Source: an uncultured virus (IMG/VR IMGVR_UViG_3300028840_003224)
Lineage: Duplodnaviria > Heunggongvirae > Uroviricota > Caudoviricetes
DNA length: 64,000 bases
Strand: one strand, 5' to 3'
IMG/VR virus record: IMGVR_UViG_3300028840_003224
Span: 1-64,000 of that record
Under the pieces are notes generated by a model. The model searched no databases, had not been told where the DNA came from, and was given only the letters and a program-made list of their open reading frames with translations. The translations under genes were made by a program, and so were the position numbers. Below, piece by piece: positions 1-8,477 of this stretch; position 1 is the first letter of the stretch; every line of letters starts with the position of its first letter.

Positions 1-199
1 CAAACCCTCATCGGCACAATCGGTATAATCGGCCTGCTGAGACCGAATCTCAATAAAAAGGGGGGTCTATCGATAGTCGCCAAGCCGCCAAAGCCGCGCA
101 CAAGCTAATCTGGCGGCTTACAGAACCATACCCCCCCACGGCTACTAATTCCTGTCTGTAGGGGTTGGATGGGGGGTATAAATCGCTCCGATTGTATGA

Positions 200-460
200 T
201 GCTTATCCGCACCTTATCCGCAGAATCTGCGCGCTTTTCAGTTGTCAAATGATGCAAAAACGCAACACTGCCATTTTGGCAGTCCGATTCTGCGGATAAG
301 ATCGATGCTTATCCGCAGCCATCCGCAACGTAAGTCTATATAGAATATAGACTTACGTCGATTTGCGGATGGCGGATGGCGAAAACAAACACCTATGGTA
401 TTCATCAATATCGGGAGAAACGGCATAATATGAAAAGGGATAGTTTTTCCCATCCGCAAC
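200..460. other. Origin-like iteron/palindrome element, copy A
   Basis: Repeated (T/C)ATCCGCA in both orientations; 15-bp IR 213-227/286-300; 14-bp IR 328-341/345-358; 30 bp (350-379) identical to 41985-42014. Confidence 0.6.
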
Positions 461-1340
461 CGCACATACCCCCCATTCCCTCGGATCGGCACGCGCCGCA
501 TCATAGGAGGGACCTGCATAATCGGACCCTGCCAGAGCCAGCCAGCCAGAGCCAGAGCCAAGCCGCCAGCCGCCAGCTTATTGAGACAGAGTATCAATAA
601 GCTTGAATCTCGGTGGCTGGCGGGTTCCAATTGAGAATGAGTCTCAACTAGACGGCGTCCCGTCATAATCGGCACAGCCCCTACAGCCCCACCCACACAT
701 CCCCCAACCCGCACAGCCCCTACAGTCCATGTGACCGACCCCCGCAGAATCCTCGCAGGTCCTACAATCGGAACCCGCCGCTGGGGGGCAACACCCCGTT
801 AGGGGGAGGCGCTCGCAGCGAATTTTCCACCCACAACAGCCCCATCAGGCGGTATCCGATTATCCAGCCCAACCCCCTACCCTGCCACAGAGGGGTGCCT
901 AGCCTGCATAATCGGTGTCATAACCGGTGCGACCGGAACCTCACCCCCCAGTCGGGTCGGAATAACCCCACACTCTTCTGGGGGGTTGGGGATGTGAGGC
1001 CTCATAATCGGTACGACCGACACCCCTTCTGAGGGTAGAAATATAGTCTCCAGGGGGGTTGGGTTGTGCCGGTTGTAGTGTTCGGGTCGTGCCGGTTGTA
1101 ACGGTTATTCATAGTCAATGTGGGTGGTAGGTGGTGGGGTTGTAACGATTGGGTGGGTGGGTCTAATTGTAGGAATGTTGGTTGTGAGTCCGATTATGAG
1201 GCCCTACGGCCCTATTGACTAGGTTTTCTGTGGGATTCCAGCCGTTGACGCGTCCAACTGAATCCGGGCCACTGCGTTGTGGGTCACGAACGGCGATCCA
1301 TGACACACAACCTGCCCAGCCGCTCACCTGCGAGCCACAA

Positions 1341-1402
1341 CGCGATAGCCTACGATCTGCGCGATAGCCTACGATCTGCGCGATAGCCTACGATCTGCGC
1401 GA
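1341..1402 (+). repeat. Tandem repeat, 3 x 19 bp CGCGATAGCCTACGATCTG plus partial copy
   Basis: Exact copies at 1341, 1360, 1379. Confidence 0.95.
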
Positions 1403-1757
1403 ATCCGAGGGCACCGGGCAGGTCCCCGCCGTGAATCGGGGCCACCGGGCAGGTGAGAATAGTGTGGGGAATCTCCCCACTAATCCGACGCCATTTCCAG
1501 TCACATAAGCCGCCCCGAATCGTCCCGAACGGGATCATATGACTGGGAAGTCCATATTCCCGGATTGCGCATAACCCCTTTTCAGGCATGTCCATTTACA
1601 AATCGTCCCCTGAATTTGTAAAACTCTGCGGAAAATTATAATTTTGCCAATTTTCCTGTCACTTGGACGCGTCAAACACCGTCGCCGGAGGGGACACATC
1701 CGTTATTATCGGAATAATCCCTACAATCGTCATAATCTGCGGACTATATTCCGCAAA

Positions 1758-1776
1758 TGATACACAATAATGATAG
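1758..1776 (+). promoter_or_regulatory. 19-bp promoter/operator motif TGATACACAATAATGATAG
   Basis: Near-identical copies at 42200-42218 (+) and 41740-41758 (-), each just upstream of the first gene of a transcription unit. Confidence 0.7.
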
Positions 1777-1788
1777 GAGAAACAACCA

Positions 1789-2283
1789 ATGCAATGTGAA
1801 TACCAAGTGGCCAGTGGCCAGTGCTCGCAGACGGCCCTCGACGGGTCTCGCTTCTGCGTGACCCACACGCCCAACGGTCAAGCCAAGCTGATTGATCAAT
1901 ACCTGATTTCTCAGAAGGTGCTCGGCGACGCACCCTCGCGACACGCCGGGGCCGACGAGATCAAATCCCTGCGGATCGAGATCGCCCTCCTGCGGGCCCT
2001 GATCGAGAAGCGAATCAACATCTGTGACTCGGACGCCGAGATGGTTGCCGCGATGCCTCTGATCAAAGAGACCATCGTCGCAGTCGAGAAGCTCGTGTCC
2101 TCTTGCCACGCGATGGAAACCAAGCTCGGGCAGCTGCTCAACAAGTCAGCCCTGATGTCCCTGGCCCAGAAGATGGTCCACACCATCGACGACAACCTGC
2201 AAGGCATCGAGAACCGAGAACTGATAGTCGAGAAGATCGGCAACGAGATCGTGCGAGTAATCGCGGAACAACAGAACGAGTAA
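1789..2283 (+). CDS. Phage protein, possible terminase small subunit
   Basis: GGAGA RBS; N-terminal C..C..C..H motif then helical SLRIEIALLRALIE segment; first gene after non-coding region; function inferred. Confidence 0.45.
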   Translation: MQCEYQVASGQCSQTALDGSRFCVTHTPNGQAKLIDQYLISQKVLGDAPSRHAGADEIKSLRIEIALLRALIEKRINICDSDAEMVAAMPLIKETIVAVEKLVSSCHAMETKLGQLLNKSALMSLAQKMVHTIDDNLQGIENRELIVEKIGNEIVRVIAEQQNE

Positions 2284-2349
2284 CGCCGCCCGGCTGATGG
2301 AAAACGCAGCACGCGGATATTTTTCACACAAGCACAGGAGAAACAACTG

Positions 2350-2541
2350 ATGGAAAGCAAGTCAATTTGGAAATCGCGCACGTTCTGGTTGAATGCCATC
2401 GTCCTGGCCACCGGTATCGCAGGATACGTCGGCGGGCACGAAGTCGTGGCCGAGTACCCACAGGTCGTCGCCGGTTTCGGAGCCATCACGGGCCTCCTGA
2501 ACATCGTCCTTCGCCTTGTGACGTCCGTACCCGTCAAGTGA
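2350..2541 (+). CDS. Small two-TM membrane protein, holin-like
   Basis: KSIWKSRTFWLN start, two hydrophobic segments, AGGAG RBS. Confidence 0.6.
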   Translation: MESKSIWKSRTFWLNAIVLATGIAGYVGGHEVVAEYPQVVAGFGAITGLLNIVLRLVTSVPVK

Positions 2542-2572
2542 CCCAGCAGCCAACCGCTGGGCCGAAACGCAT

Positions 2573-2646
2573 CTAGGCGTAGCTCAGCTAGGTAGAGCAC
2601 GTGGTTTGGGACCACGGGGTCATCCGTTCGATTCGGATCGTCTAGA
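2573..2646 (+). tRNA. tRNA-Pro(TGG)
   Basis: Acceptor CTAGGCG/CGTCTAG, anticodon arm CGTGG-tt TGG ga-CCACG, TTCGATT T-loop. Confidence 0.92.
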
Positions 2647-2661
2647 CTTTCGGAGAATCAC

Positions 2662-2769
2662 ATGGACGCTGACGTATGGGAACTGGCCTTACGGACCATA
2701 CTGTTTGGCCTCATCGCCGTCGGAATCGGCGTATTAGTAATCGGCGTGGCCATCGGCCTCGCTCTATGA
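2662..2769 (+). CDS. 35-aa single-TM protein (not in ORF track)
   Basis: GGAGA RBS; MDADVWELALRTILFGLIAVGIGVLVIGVAIGLAL. Confidence 0.55.
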   Translation: MDADVWELALRTILFGLIAVGIGVLVIGVAIGLAL

Positions 2770-2903
2770 AATAGACGTAATGCGGTGAAAGCCGCAGCGT
2801 GGAGAGCTGCCCCGAAGCACCCTATTATCCCACGGGTATCCCCAGCAGCGGGGAGGGCAGACGTAGACAAATGGATGAAGGTGTGTATGGATACACACAC
2901 CAC

Positions 2904-2962
2904 ACACGGCTCGTCGTGAGCCGTATTTTGTGGTTTTTTCGGAGGTGTTTGCTTAATGGCAA
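2904..2962 (+). repeat. 59-bp leader repeat copy 1 (hairpin + T-tract + RBS + start)
   Basis: 54/59 identical to 3392-3450; first 32 bp identical. Confidence 0.95.
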
Positions 2963-3357
2963 CAAAGACAGCTTTTTGTAAGTTCAGAGCCCCAAAGTAC
3001 GAGGCCTATTTCCAGCCCAACGCGGCTATAGGGCCCTCGGGACAACAAGGGGTTTACAACGTGACTTTTGAGGAAGAGTTAACAGGCGGCTGCGTCGCCG
3101 ACATTCAGTTCGACGGAGACTTTGACTCCGACGACGACAGCAACGGCCACGGCTACACTGCTGTATGTCAGATGCAGGACCTGAACGGTAACGTTTTCAA
3201 TCATGACAGCCAGGAAGGCGACACCACTCAATGGGGTGGTCAGATCAAATGGAAGGGAAGACGACACTGTTACATCTGGATGCCAACCAAGGCAGAATGC
3301 CTAGCTGGCGACTACCTCTTCACTTTCTACGCGTTTGGACAGGAAGAGCCTGAATAA
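2956..3357 (+). CDS. Hypothetical beta-rich protein, paralogue 1
   Basis: GGAGG RBS; colinear similarity to 3444-3821. Confidence 0.85.
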   Translation: MATKTAFCKFRAPKYEAYFQPNAAIGPSGQQGVYNVTFEEELTGGCVADIQFDGDFDSDDDSNGHGYTAVCQMQDLNGNVFNHDSQEGDTTQWGGQIKWKGRRHCYIWMPTKAECLAGDYLFTFYAFGQEEPE

Positions 3358-3391
3358 CCACTTGCGGAGTGCTTCACGCGCTCCGCATCTT

Positions 3392-3450
3392 ACACGGCTC
3401 GTCGTGAGCCGTATTTTGTGGTTCTTTTGGAGGATATTGCTTAATGGCAA
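3392..3450 (+). repeat. 59-bp leader repeat copy 2
   Basis: Matches 2904-2962. Confidence 0.95.
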
Positions 3451-3821
3451 TGCAGACAGTTTTTTGTACTTTTGAGACCCCTAGCAGTTACACCGCTAAC
3501 GAGTCGTTGACGCCCCTTTACAGTGCAGGCATCGACAGCGTCGAAGTGACGGCCAACTTGACCGACGGTCTTGTTGCAACCGTTACCTTCAACTCGGACT
3601 TTGATAGCACCAACAATGGCGACGGCTACTTTGCCAGCGGTCAAATGCAAGGTGAGCCCGGTGGTGTGTGGAATCATAAAGCTTATGAGACCTACTACAC
3701 GAACATCGGCGGTCAGATGAAGAAGAAACTGGCAGGATCATGCGACATTTGGCTGCCCAAGTATAACGACTTGGCGACCACTCGCATCATCAGCTTGTTC
3801 GCGCACGGCGAAGAAGCCTAG
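3444..3821 (+). CDS. Hypothetical beta-rich protein, paralogue 2
   Basis: GGAGG RBS; shares FCxF, FxxDFDS, QMQ, GGQ, IWxP, AxGxE with 2956-3357. Confidence 0.85.
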   Translation: MAMQTVFCTFETPSSYTANESLTPLYSAGIDSVEVTANLTDGLVATVTFNSDFDSTNNGDGYFASGQMQGEPGGVWNHKAYETYYTNIGGQMKKKLAGSCDIWLPKYNDLATTRIISLFAHGEEA

Positions 3822-3834
3822 GTAACCACACCAC

Positions 3835-3868
3835 CGTGGGCGGCGACAGCCGCCGCCCACGACTTTTA
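3835..3868 (+). terminator. Intrinsic terminator
   Basis: 11-bp stem CGTGGGCGGCG/CGCCGCCCACG then ACTTTT. Confidence 0.75.
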
Positions 3869-3954
3869 TATATCAGCACGTTTATGCAACGTTGACGATG
3901 ATTGAATTTCAAGGGCGAACCAAGCCGCCTGAACGCCTTGGGCGAGGAGAAGCA

Positions 3955-4332
3955 ATGCGAATTGAACTGCACACTGTAACGTTGAACATGAAGCACCGAA
4001 GCAAAGAATTCACGAAGACTTTTTTCGGAAGACCGACAATCGACGACATTGTGGAAGAGTTCAAGCCCGACTGGAGTTACGACTCGGATGTGCGGGAGTC
4101 GCTTGAAGAGTGCGGCGAATTCGAGTTTGCCACATGGAAACCATCGAAGAACCCACACAGACGGCCCAGACGGAACGACCTCCTCGTCCCCACCTGGACG
4201 TCCACGTTCATGAAGCACGGCCACTGCCTCGCCACCTTGACGATGACATTGACCGACATCCCTTGCACCAAAGAAGGCCAAGCCAAACTGCTTGTGGCCC
4301 TCGCAGAAGAAGCTGAGGAAGCATTAGCATGA
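3955..4332 (+). CDS. Hypothetical protein
   Basis: GAGGAG RBS before ATG 3955; stop overlaps next start. Confidence 0.75.
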   Translation: MRIELHTVTLNMKHRSKEFTKTFFGRPTIDDIVEEFKPDWSYDSDVRESLEECGEFEFATWKPSKNPHRRPRRNDLLVPTWTSTFMKHGHCLATLTMTLTDIPCTKEGQAKLLVALAEEAEEALA

Positions 4333-4484
4333 AAGAAGACATCGCCGTACTTCGGGCCCTGGCTCACAAGTACATCGACGCCGAAGAGTTCTGCATCGCC
4401 ACGCGACTGCTAAACCTGATCGAAGAGATCAGCTACATGGCTGACAAGGAAGAAGGAACCGACCGACCGGTCGAAGCGTACTAA
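4329..4484 (+). CDS. Hypothetical 51-aa protein (not in ORF track)
   Basis: ATGA and TAATG overlaps with both neighbours. Confidence 0.6.
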   Translation: MKEDIAVLRALAHKYIDAEEFCIATRLLNLIEEISYMADKEEGTDRPVEAY

Positions 4485-4690
4485 TGAGAATCTTCTGCGA
4501 CTGTGCCCGAGACCACGTGGGGATCACTGACCATGATCCTCCGTACGTCCTCATCTGCGAGTGCGGGCGAGTCCTGGAGAAACAGACGCTCTCCGAATAC
4601 AAAACAAAGCGCAACGCCCAAAGGGCGACCTTCGAGAGGCTGGCAAACCTCTTGGCACAAGACAACCACGTAATAAGGCTTTACGAATGA
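4484..4690 (+). CDS. Small Cys-containing protein
   Basis: CDC/CEC pairs; coupled to neighbours. Confidence 0.65.
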   Translation: MRIFCDCARDHVGITDHDPPYVLICECGRVLEKQTLSEYKTKRNAQRATFERLANLLAQDNHVIRLYE

Positions 4691-5343
4691 AACTCTTCGC
4701 CTCTATCGTCCTCACTCTCTGCATGACCATGCCCACGCTGGCCCAAGAGGCGACTGTCCCCGCTAACGACAGTTGCGCGAAGATAGTCCTTGACGCCCCA
4801 TCTAAAGCAAGAGTCGGTGAGCTGGTCCGCTTAGATGTTTCCGAGTCCACCGCTGAATCCTTTCAGTGGATATTGGTCCCGGACTCTGTTGACTTCGAGG
4901 TGATTGACTCCGGGCGCAGGGCAATGTTTTCGGCGAGAGCACCAGGGCAGTACCGATTCATCGTCGGCTGTGCCTTGGACGGAACGCTGGACATCGTCAC
5001 CCACGTGATACGCATCGTAGGGCCTCCCACGCAGCCTGAGACCGAGTCTCTCGCAGAGTGGATTCCGTACTGGATGGACTCAATGAAGCTCGACAGCGGC
5101 CAAGTGGAGGCCCTTGCACGCAGCTTCGAGAAGATCGCCGCCGACATGGCGAACCTCCCCGAACCAAAAGACTGGATAACCGCCACCGCCGAGGCGAACC
5201 GCGCCATCGTCGGCGACGACATGGATAATTGGAAGCCGCTCCTGGAAAAGATCGGCAAGGCTTGTGCCACTAGGCAACTGACCACCCCGGAGCAACACGC
5301 TGTGGTGTGGCTAGAAATCGCAGAGGGGCTAAGGAAAGGGTAA
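4687..5343 (+). CDS. Secreted protein, Ig/PKD-like domain plus helical domain
   Basis: Sec signal MKLFASIVLTLCMTMPTLA; VGELVRLDVS and PGQYRF beta pattern. Confidence 0.7.
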   Translation: MKLFASIVLTLCMTMPTLAQEATVPANDSCAKIVLDAPSKARVGELVRLDVSESTAESFQWILVPDSVDFEVIDSGRRAMFSARAPGQYRFIVGCALDGTLDIVTHVIRIVGPPTQPETESLAEWIPYWMDSMKLDSGQVEALARSFEKIAADMANLPEPKDWITATAEANRAIVGDDMDNWKPLLEKIGKACATRQLTTPEQHAVVWLEIAEGLRKG

Positions 5344-5347
5344 CGAC

Positions 5348-6349
5348 ATGGACCGACGAGACGCACTGAAAGGCATGGCAGCCACCGCGAGTGGTTTGCT
5401 ACTTCCCAAGGCAGCTTCGGCTGGCTTGTTCACGCCCTCCAACAGTCAGTTCGGGTGGACACCGAACGAAACGTCTCTCAAAGATTTCATACGTCGTCAT
5501 AAGAACCCCTACGTCACCAACCTGAACGAATCGATCAAGGGCAGCGGCAAAGGCAAGACTGTCCTGCTCTGGAAGGCCTTGGAACGCGTGATGGGCCAGA
5601 AGCTCGTCCCGCACAACCAGAAGGCCCCTGACTGTGTCTCGCAAGGATTCGCACTCGGAGTCGACTTCGTGTCGGCCATCCAGATCGTTCTGGAGCGAAA
5701 GCCCGAGATGTGGAAGGGCAAAGCCGCCACAGAGCCCATCTACGGCGGTTCCCGCGTTGAAATCGGTGGTTACACCGGACGCGGCGGCGGAAGCACCGGT
5801 CACTGGGGTGCAGAGTGGATTTCACGCTACGGTATACTTTTGAGGCAAGAGTACCCAGGCGGGTACGACTTCACGACTTACGACGCGCAGAAATCGGTCG
5901 AGTATGGCCGAACGGGTTGCCCAGACGCTTTAGAGCCTCTGACGAAGCTTCACCCGGTTAAGAAGGTCGCCATTTGCCGATCTTACTCCGACCTCCGCGA
6001 CTGCATCGCCAACGGGCACCCTGTTGTGGTTTGCTCGAACGTTGGCTTCGGAAACGGTAAAGTCTGCCGCAGAGACTCTGAGGGCTTTTTGACGCGAAAG
6101 CGGAAGCCTTGGATGCACTGCATGATGTTTGGTGGTTACGACGACAAATACCGCCGCCCAGGTGCGTTATGCATCAACTCCTGGGGTTATGGATGGATCG
6201 AAGGCCCTACGCGACTAGAACAGCCCGCTGGGTCGTTCTGGATCGATGCCAAGACCGTCGACTACATGTTGCGGCAAGGCGACTCGTTCGCGTTGTCCGC
6301 GTATGTCGGATACCCGAAATTGAACATCCCTCCGTACATCCTATTTTGA
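5348..6349 (+). CDS. Papain-like (C1-type) cysteine peptidase with twin-arginine signal
   Basis: MDRRDALK...AASA signal; Q....DCVSQG, WMHCM, INSWG catalytic motifs. Confidence 0.85.
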   Translation: MDRRDALKGMAATASGLLLPKAASAGLFTPSNSQFGWTPNETSLKDFIRRHKNPYVTNLNESIKGSGKGKTVLLWKALERVMGQKLVPHNQKAPDCVSQGFALGVDFVSAIQIVLERKPEMWKGKAATEPIYGGSRVEIGGYTGRGGGSTGHWGAEWISRYGILLRQEYPGGYDFTTYDAQKSVEYGRTGCPDALEPLTKLHPVKKVAICRSYSDLRDCIANGHPVVVCSNVGFGNGKVCRRDSEGFLTRKRKPWMHCMMFGGYDDKYRRPGALCINSWGYGWIEGPTRLEQPAGSFWIDAKTVDYMLRQGDSFALSAYVGYPKLNIPPYILF

Positions 6350-6356
6350 GGTCACC

Positions 6357-6812
6357 ATGAAGAGGTTACTCAATGGCTTTGCCGCGATTTACATCTGTCT
6401 CGCGCTATTTGTCGCTCACTCAGCTCTGGTTACGACTGAAGCGTCTGCTACGCGCCACCTTGATACAGGGAGTGTCGTGGTCGAAGCTGGACCAGCTGTA
6501 CGCGATCATCAACGACTGGCTGGACCTGAGCAGACGCCCCGAACCGACCGATCCTGCTACATCGTCGAAGTCTGGACCGCAAGCTGGTGCGGACCCTGTC
6601 GAAGATACAAAGCCACCGAGCTACCGGCTCTGGTGAAAGCGGGCTTCACAGTCACTGTCAAGGACTATGACACTGACAAGCCGCCCAAGGACGTGAAGAA
6701 GGTACCGACCATCCGGATCTACTACAAGGGCACTTACCTCCAACAGAAGACCTACTGGCGTGCGGAAGACATCGTCAAGTACGTTGACAACAGAATGGCA
6801 CTGAAAGGCTGA
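6357..6812 (+). CDS. Thioredoxin-fold protein with N-terminal signal/anchor
   Basis: WTASWCGPC and VPT motifs. Confidence 0.85.
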   Translation: MKRLLNGFAAIYICLALFVAHSALVTTEASATRHLDTGSVVVEAGPAVRDHQRLAGPEQTPRTDRSCYIVEVWTASWCGPCRRYKATELPALVKAGFTVTVKDYDTDKPPKDVKKVPTIRIYYKGTYLQQKTYWRAEDIVKYVDNRMALKG

Positions 6813-6814
6813 AC

Positions 6815-7123
6815 ATGCACATTGAGAAAGACGTGTCCGACGTACTGGTCCACGGCACCACCAACCTAACAACCGCCAACGTCCCCGCTCAAGTGTGTGG
6901 GTCGACCGTCAAGCCGCTGAAGGGCATCCAGCTCCGAGCTGGCATCGACAACGGTGGCACTATCTACGTCGGCAACATTGGTGCTGGCAACGTGATCACA
7001 GCGGCTGGCTGCGGCTTCCCGATGGAAGCTGGCGACCAACTGTTCCTGCCCGTTGAAAACCCTTGCGCTGTTTACGCTAACAACGCAACCGCCAACGACG
7101 TCATACACTGGATCATGCTATGA
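6815..7123 (+). CDS. Small beta-sandwich phage protein
   Basis: IQLRAGIDNGGTIYVG...GFPMEAGD pattern; Asn/Thr rich. Confidence 0.7.
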   Translation: MHIEKDVSDVLVHGTTNLTTANVPAQVCGSTVKPLKGIQLRAGIDNGGTIYVGNIGAGNVITAAGCGFPMEAGDQLFLPVENPCAVYANNATANDVIHWIML

Positions 7124-7407
7124 GCGCGGACATTAAGAAGGTCAAGGTCTCCGACAAGCCCAACAGTAAATACTGTGCCTTGTTCAAACGGAGTGACAAC
7201 ACTCTGCACCTGATCCTCGACGGCGACGACGAAGATAACGCCACCGCCGATATGACGTACAACAATGACATGTACGAGCTGGTACGGTCGAAGACCTTCG
7301 AGGGGTTGTTCACCGATGGCAAGACCAAAGGCGACTCTGAGAATGTGAAGCGAGTCAAAGACATGATGCTTCCAGAGACATGGCAGCCCGAGTGGGACGA
7401 CGAATGA
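7120..7407 (+). CDS. Hypothetical protein
   Basis: ATGA overlaps on both sides. Confidence 0.7.
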   Translation: MSADIKKVKVSDKPNSKYCALFKRSDNTLHLILDGDDEDNATADMTYNNDMYELVRSKTFEGLFTDGKTKGDSENVKRVKDMMLPETWQPEWDDE

Positions 7408-8459
7408 TGCGACGTGCAGACATGGTCGACAGAGGCAGACGCCTCGCACCAGCCGGTGGTAAGTTCGGCAAGTTCGCTTTATACACTTCTGGTAGCGACA
7501 TAGTATCTTCAACCGTCACTGACCCGCCTGGAGCGATAACCTGGAAGTTCAGCGATGGCGATACCTATGTCGGGACAGGTATAAACCACACCTTCAGTCC
7601 TGACAATGCGCCAGACAACTATGTAAAAGTCAAGCTGGATAAGATCCTGGTTAACCTCGAAGCGTCCGGCGAGAAACTGACAAACATCGTGTGGCAAGGA
7701 AAGTATACTAACCTTGCAGACCTGCGAATATCCTCGAATGAACTCACCGAGATAGACACATTCGACACATGGGTGAACCTGGACCTGATCTGGGTGCACG
7801 TCAATTACTTGACTGATTTTGTTGGGCATAGTTCCTGGGTGAATTTACGTGAGGTGTATTTATTCAGTCAACTGGGTGGCGGTTTGCAGACGGTTACAAC
7901 GCACAATACTTGGTCAAGCCTCGTCACGCTGCGTGCCAACAACAATAAGCTGATTTCGTTCGAGACTCACCCAGGATGGACAAGCCTTGAACGACTCGAC
8001 CTGTATGTCAACTCAACCCTGACAGCAGTTGACACATACAACACATGGACGAACCTGAAGCGACTGTATGTCAACAGCACTGGCATAACCAGCTTGGAGA
8101 CACATCCAGAGTGGACTGAGATTTATGACTTGGCTATCAACAATAACCTTGGCATGACTAGCCTTGAGACTCACGACACCTGGACGAAGTTGTACATACT
8201 CTATGTTCATGCGTGCAATCTGACTTCGTTTAACCTGCACGACACAATGGTTGCGTTGAACACTTGCTACTGCCACGATAATAACTTGGATGCAACTACG
8301 ATTGACGCTTTGCTGATCGCTCTCGACGACGCCGGTAAAGCCACGGGCACCTTCTGGTATCAGGACAACCCCGGCAGCGCAGACGTGGACCGCAGTGCCG
8401 CCGCAGCAACCGCCAAGACCAATCTCGTCACTAGGGGCTGGGTCATAGTAAGCACGTAG
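7404..8459 (+). CDS. Leucine-rich repeat protein 1
   Basis: About 9 repeats of LxTHxxWxxLxxLxxxxN, ~23-24 aa each. Confidence 0.85.
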   Translation: MMRRADMVDRGRRLAPAGGKFGKFALYTSGSDIVSSTVTDPPGAITWKFSDGDTYVGTGINHTFSPDNAPDNYVKVKLDKILVNLEASGEKLTNIVWQGKYTNLADLRISSNELTEIDTFDTWVNLDLIWVHVNYLTDFVGHSSWVNLREVYLFSQLGGGLQTVTTHNTWSSLVTLRANNNKLISFETHPGWTSLERLDLYVNSTLTAVDTYNTWTNLKRLYVNSTGITSLETHPEWTEIYDLAINNNLGMTSLETHDTWTKLYILYVHACNLTSFNLHDTMVALNTCYCHDNNLDATTIDALLIALDDAGKATGTFWYQDNPGSADVDRSAAAATAKTNLVTRGWVIVST

Positions 8460-8477
8460 CTTGGAGCAGGATTGGAT

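Noticed and set aside
238..714. ORF sharing HPPSANRRKS with ORF 41813-42040
   Set aside because: The shared peptide is just the translation of the repeated DNA element; no RBS and atypical composition
1341..1402. CRISPR array
   Set aside because: Head-to-tail repeats with no spacers
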